From: SAR202 cluster bacterium
GTDB taxonomy: Bacteria > Chloroflexota > Dehalococcoidia > UBA6926 > VFHL01
Direction of reading: 5' to 3'
Assembly (NCBI GenBank): GCA_009392005.1
Contig: VFHL01000005.1
Location: forward strand, 49,643-113,642
DNA: 64,000 bases
In this document: one piece after another, positions 59,654-64,000 of the stretch
How the letters are laid out: each line of letters opens with the position of its first letter
Position numbering within the stretch: position 1 is the first letter of the stretch
The notes under the pieces: model-generated
Databases searched by the model: none
What the model saw: the letters and a program-made list of their open reading frames with translations, nothing else
What the model was told of the DNA's origin: nothing
Program-made: the position numbers and the translations under genes

Positions 59654-62224
59654 ATGATACCTGTTCGTGTAGCCTTAGAAAATTTTATGCCGTATAAGGG
59701 GATAACAACCCCACTTGAATTGGAGGGTTTGCAACTTGTTTGCCTCTCTGGCGCAAATGGCCATGGCAAAAGTGCGTTACTAGACGCCATAACATGGGCG
59801 TTGTGGGGCAAATCTCGGGCACGGTCCGACGATGACTTAATACATGCAGGACAGGATGAGACACAAGTTACGTTGGATTTTATCGCAGGCGGGGATCGTT
59901 ATCGGGTTATTCGCCGGCATAGAAAGCCGCGGGGGCGCGCTCGTTCAGGGCAGTCTAGTGTTGATTTACAGATTTCTACTGAATCTGATTTCCGGGTTAT
60001 TTCTGGTAATACGATGCGAGAAACGAATAAGATTTTGGTCGATTTATTGCAAATGGAATACGATACTTTTATAAATAGTGCCTTCTTAATACAAGGTCGG
60101 GCTGATTTATTCACCATGGCTACCCCTACCGAGAGAAAGCAGGTATTGAGCGATATTTTGGGATTGTCCACTTATGATGTACTTGAAGAACGTGCTCGAA
60201 ATCGAGTACGAGATGCTGAGAATCATCTTCGGGTGAGCGATTTAGCACTTTCCGACATGGAAAAGGACTTGGAAAAGCGTGTTCAATTGCAAACAGATAA
60301 TGATGAACAGCAGATAAAACTACGTGATTTAGAGGACAAACACTCAAAGGCAACTGATAAACTTACTGCTCTACAAGAGCGTCGGACGCGACTAGATCTA
60401 GTGGAAGAACAAATAGCTGAGACTGTGAACAGAAATACGGCTATTGATGTTATGACTGAAACTGCGTCAACAGAGCTAAATAATGCGCAAGGTAAATTGG
60501 ATCGGTATAGTGCAATCTTATCTAAATCTGATGAGGTTTTGGTAGGTTACCACCAATTACAAGAAACTAGGCTGCAGTTGCAGGAGCTATCGAAGAAGGC
60601 GACACTATTTGTTGATCTGAATTCAAAACGAACTGATTTGCAAAATGCGATTAACAAAGAAGGTAATGCATTGGAAGTGGAATCGAATCATTTGCAGTCT
60701 CAAATTGATGAACTGCGGCAGGAAGCGGACCGAAAAAACTCTATTGAAAAAGATATTGATGCTTTTTCGGAATCATTATTGAAAATCGCGAGTGAAGAAG
60801 AGAATCTAGATCAAAAGCGGCAGGAATTTCAAGCTGTTGAAACAAACATCAATGTATTACTTGAGAAAAATGCCTCTTTAAGAAGCCAAATGGAAGATCT
60901 TCGCCAAAAAGTGGATTTACTTGAAGAAGGCGTAACAACATGTCCTATTTGTGGCATGGAGTTAGACGAACAAGAATTTGCCCAAGTCCGTAATCACTAT
61001 GAAGTTGAAGGTCAAGAAATGGCGAATAAATTTCGGGAGAACCAAAGGGTTGTCCAAGAATCAAACAAATCTAACGAGAAACTAAAGTCGCAATTAAGCG
61101 AGATAGAATTGAGATTGCGCCAGGAGAGAACCGCGTATGAAAACAATCTTGCTCTTAGTCGTGAAAGATTAAAGAATGCTCTTGCTGCATCTGTAGGAAT
61201 TGATGGTTTGTTGGTGCAAAAGGAAAGTTTGGACTCAAAAATTGCGCATCAGAGCTTTGCGTCGAACCTGAGAAATGATCTCCAAACGCTCTTAACGGAA
61301 ATAGAGGGAAATGACTATCAGCAAGATGAACACAAAATTTGGCAGGATCGCATCAAGGAACTTGAGCGATTTGAGGCGCGATTTCGCGAGGTGAATGAGG
61401 CGGAGAACGCTCATGTGAGGGAAAAGGAAATTCTTGATTCAACGAAAGAAAGATTGAATCAGTTAGAGAAAAATAAGCGAGAAAATAGTGAACGCCTTGT
61501 AGACTTGAAAGAGCAAGTGAAGGGGCGTGAAGAATTTCTAACAGAGTTTGAGCTTGCAAAAAACGCTTTCGATGAAAATAAAGCTGAACTAGATAATGTA
61601 ACGAAAGATTTGACCCGGATTGGTCTTGAATTAGAACGGTTATCTCGAATAGTTGAAGAGCAGCGCGAGAAAACTGCTCAAAGAAAGGAATTCGCTCACC
61701 AAAGAGATACCTATGCGGAGGTTGCGAAAGCTTTTGGCAAACAAGGAGTTCAGGCTCTTTTGATTGAGACTGCTTTACCTGAGATTGAAGAAGAAGCAAA
61801 TAAGCTCCTATCCACAATGACCGAAGGGAAAATGAGTGTGCAGTTAGAGAGTCAAAGGGAAACGCGTCAAGGACGGATTCAAGAGACTCTAAGTGTGAGC
61901 ATCGCAGATGAAATGGGTACACGTCCATATGAAATGTACAGCGGTGGTGAAGCCTTCAGAATAAATTTAGCTCTTCGTATTGGGCTTTCTCGTATACTGA
62001 CACGTCGTTCAGGAGCCCCACTACCTGTATTGTTCATTGACGAAGGATTTGGGTCGCAAGATCTCTTGGGTCGTGATCGTATCGTTGATGCCATTAGTTC
62101 TATTCAAAATGAATTTCAATTAATCATTGTAATTACTCACATTGATGAATTAAAAGAGCTATTTCCAAATCGCATTGAGGTTAAGAAGCTAGAGGAAGGC
62201 TCAGAATTCACAGTGCACCTATAA
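59654..62224 (+). CDS. sbcC: SbcC/Rad50 SMC-family ATPase
   Basis: GANGHGKS, coiled coil, CPICG zinc hook, YSGGE, IDEGFG and ITH. Confidence 0.92.
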   Translation: MIPVRVALENFMPYKGITTPLELEGLQLVCLSGANGHGKSALLDAITWALWGKSRARSDDDLIHAGQDETQVTLDFIAGGDRYRVIRRHRKPRGRARSGQSSVDLQISTESDFRVISGNTMRETNKILVDLLQMEYDTFINSAFLIQGRADLFTMATPTERKQVLSDILGLSTYDVLEERARNRVRDAENHLRVSDLALSDMEKDLEKRVQLQTDNDEQQIKLRDLEDKHSKATDKLTALQERRTRLDLVEEQIAETVNRNTAIDVMTETASTELNNAQGKLDRYSAILSKSDEVLVGYHQLQETRLQLQELSKKATLFVDLNSKRTDLQNAINKEGNALEVESNHLQSQIDELRQEADRKNSIEKDIDAFSESLLKIASEEENLDQKRQEFQAVETNINVLLEKNASLRSQMEDLRQKVDLLEEGVTTCPICGMELDEQEFAQVRNHYEVEGQEMANKFRENQRVVQESNKSNEKLKSQLSEIELRLRQERTAYENNLALSRERLKNALAASVGIDGLLVQKESLDSKIAHQSFASNLRNDLQTLLTEIEGNDYQQDEHKIWQDRIKELERFEARFREVNEAENAHVREKEILDSTKERLNQLEKNKRENSERLVDLKEQVKGREEFLTEFELAKNAFDENKAELDNVTKDLTRIGLELERLSRIVEEQREKTAQRKEFAHQRDTYAEVAKAFGKQGVQALLIETALPEIEEEANKLLSTMTEGKMSVQLESQRETRQGRIQETLSVSIADEMGTRPYEMYSGGEAFRINLALRIGLSRILTRRSGAPLPVLFIDEGFGSQDLLGRDRIVDAISSIQNEFQLIIVITHIDELKELFPNRIEVKKLEEGSEFTVHL

Positions 62225-62376
62225 ATGTTGATGCTTTTGTTACCCTTCTATATCCTAGGGGAATTAATTTAGTTTTTGTGTGTGCAGGGTTAATTCTGTA
62301 CTTTTGAATTAATGGATGCGAATGGCGATGCAAAATTTTAAATTGCCTCAACGTATCTTGGTTTAAAGGAGAAATT

Positions 62377-63648
62377 ATGCAATACCAGGCTCCCAGAGGT
62401 ACAGTTGATATATTGCCAGAAGATCAGGTCTATTGGGATAGAGTGAAGGCAGCAGCTCGTGTGGTAACACAGCAATTCGGTTATCGACAGATTGATACAC
62501 CTACATTTGAAGATGCTGGTTTGTTTGTAAGAGGTGTTGGTGAAGGCACAGATATTGTTGAGAAAGAGATGTATACGTTTGAAGATCGTGGTGGATCACT
62601 AATTACTCTTCGACCAGAAGGTACAGCTTCTGTCTGCCGAGCATATCTCCAGCACGGAATGCACGCTCTGCCTCAACCTGTTCGACTATTCTACATAACT
62701 CCCATTTTTCGTTATGAGAGACCGCAAGCTGGTCGATTTCGTCAACATTGGCAATTCGGTTGCGAAGCTATTGGTGATCCAGATCCTGTGGTGGATGCTG
62801 AGACGATTCAACTAGCTTGGGCCTATTTTGGTGAATTGGGATTTTCAGATTTGACGTTGTACGTCAATTCAATTGGATCCCGACAAGGCCGAGAAAAATA
62901 TCTGGAGAGACTCGTTGATTTTTATAATCCAAAGATGGATTCCATTTGTAATGATTGTCGTGTCCGTCTGAAAAAAAACCCCCTTCGTTTGTTGGATTGC
63001 AAGCAAGAATCATGTCAGCCTTTTATTGAAGATGCTCCGCACGTCACTGACTATCTCGATGCTGATTCTCAAGAGCATTTTGATGACGTTAGACGATACT
63101 TAGAGTTGTCAGAGATTCCCTTTACTTTGAATCACCGTTTAGTGAGGGGATTAGACTATTATGCCCATACTGTTTTCGAGATTTTTCCTAAGCAAGAAGG
63201 TTCTCAAAGTGCTATGGCTGGAGGGGGACGTTATGATGGATTGATTGAACAAATCGGTGGGAACTCTGTTCCTGCAGTGGGATTTGGATCTGGGATAGAA
63301 CGAGCTGTTCTTGAACTGAAGCAACAAGAAAATCCGGATACGTATTCTGAACAAATTGATGCCTTCATCGCATATTTGGGAAGTCCTGCAAAAAATGCTG
63401 CAGTTTGGCTCTTGGGAGCGTTGCGTAAGCATAACGTTAGCGCCCAAATCGCGACTGGTTCTCGTTCTTTAAGGGCCCAACTTCGGACTGCGAATCAAAT
63501 TAATGCGCGGTTCGCGATCATTATTGGCGATGACGAGTTATCTGGGTCACAAATTGATGAAGTAAAACCTGTGGTGCGGGACCTTGCATCAGGGGAACAA
63601 AACTCAATGACAGTTGAGGCTTTAATTCAACGAATCTCTATGAAGTGA
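62377..63648 (+). CDS. hisS: Histidine--tRNA ligase
   Basis: PRGT.D, LRPEGTA, FRYERPQAGR, LVRGLDYY and GGGRYD. Confidence 0.98.
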   Translation: MQYQAPRGTVDILPEDQVYWDRVKAAARVVTQQFGYRQIDTPTFEDAGLFVRGVGEGTDIVEKEMYTFEDRGGSLITLRPEGTASVCRAYLQHGMHALPQPVRLFYITPIFRYERPQAGRFRQHWQFGCEAIGDPDPVVDAETIQLAWAYFGELGFSDLTLYVNSIGSRQGREKYLERLVDFYNPKMDSICNDCRVRLKKNPLRLLDCKQESCQPFIEDAPHVTDYLDADSQEHFDDVRRYLELSEIPFTLNHRLVRGLDYYAHTVFEIFPKQEGSQSAMAGGGRYDGLIEQIGGNSVPAVGFGSGIERAVLELKQQENPDTYSEQIDAFIAYLGSPAKNAAVWLLGALRKHNVSAQIATGSRSLRAQLRTANQINARFAIIIGDDELSGSQIDEVKPVVRDLASGEQNSMTVEALIQRISMK

Positions 63649-63760
63649 ATTCTACTATAGGGGGTCTGAATTAGCGCTATCTGGATGTTGCCGAACGGTT
63701 GTAATCATGGATTGATAGCGACAGACCGGCACTAGGATTGAAAGGATTCGTGAGGAAAAT

Positions 63761-64000
63761 TTGAAGCAGGATAAAGATCTTACCCGCGTGGCAAATGGAT
63801 ACTTACGCCAACAAATTGAATACTCTATTCCTATGTCAATCTACCCGGCAAAATCAGGAGTAATTATCATCAATGCTCCTGGCGCTGGCGAATCAAAGAG
63901 TGGTCGGAAAAACCGTTATGAAACTCTTGGTCAGTACATACAAAAAGAACAGATAGCCGCATTTATTACGCATAATCCTCCGAAACCGGATGCAGAGGGT
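63761..64000 (+). CDS. 3'-truncated ORF, possibly an alpha/beta hydrolase N-terminus
   Basis: TTG after GAGGA; open for 80 codons to the window end (..GVIIINAPGAGESK..RYETLG..). Confidence 0.5.
   Translation, partial: MKQDKDLTRVANGYLRQQIEYSIPMSIYPAKSGVIIINAPGAGESKSGRKNRYETLGQYIQKEQIAAFITHNPPKPDAEG

Noticed and set aside
59654-62224. SMC-like ATPase as a defence system, or paired with the duplicated phosphoesterase
   Set aside because: It has ordinary SbcC motifs. The 178-aa phosphoesterases are YfcE-type, too short for SbcD and about 27 kb away; sbcD is probably elsewhere.
1057-63447. Many short antisense or overlapping ORFs in the six-frame track
   Set aside because: They are shadows of well-supported genes and have no recognisable motifs.

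Overview
Bacterial chromosomal window using genetic code 11. Gene content and protein style suggest Chloroflexota, class Dehalococcoidia (SAR202-like); this is inference. It is mostly core genes (trpD, nadD, obgE, proAB, recF, lipA, dnaA, gatB, secG, lysC-thrB, thiI, sbcC, hisS, four tRNAs) mixed with CoA-transferase, crotonase, MaoC, MFS and SDR catabolic genes and a nitrogen cluster (amtB-glnK-glnII-glnA-gltB). I found no CRISPR array, transposase, integrase or prophage. Best signals: (1) an unannotated leader ORF with three consecutive Cys codons plus mutually exclusive antiterminator and terminator helices upstream of a 1-Cys peroxiredoxin, i.e. a candidate cysteine-sensing transcription attenuator; (2) an orphan regulator resembling actinobacterial GlnR plus a four-unit, 11-bp-phased GlnR-type box upstream of amtB; (3) an AT-rich candidate oriC beside obgE, 10 kb from a DnaA with an altered recognition helix; (4) an exact tandem gene duplication. 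All calls were made by eye; no database searches or folding computations were run.
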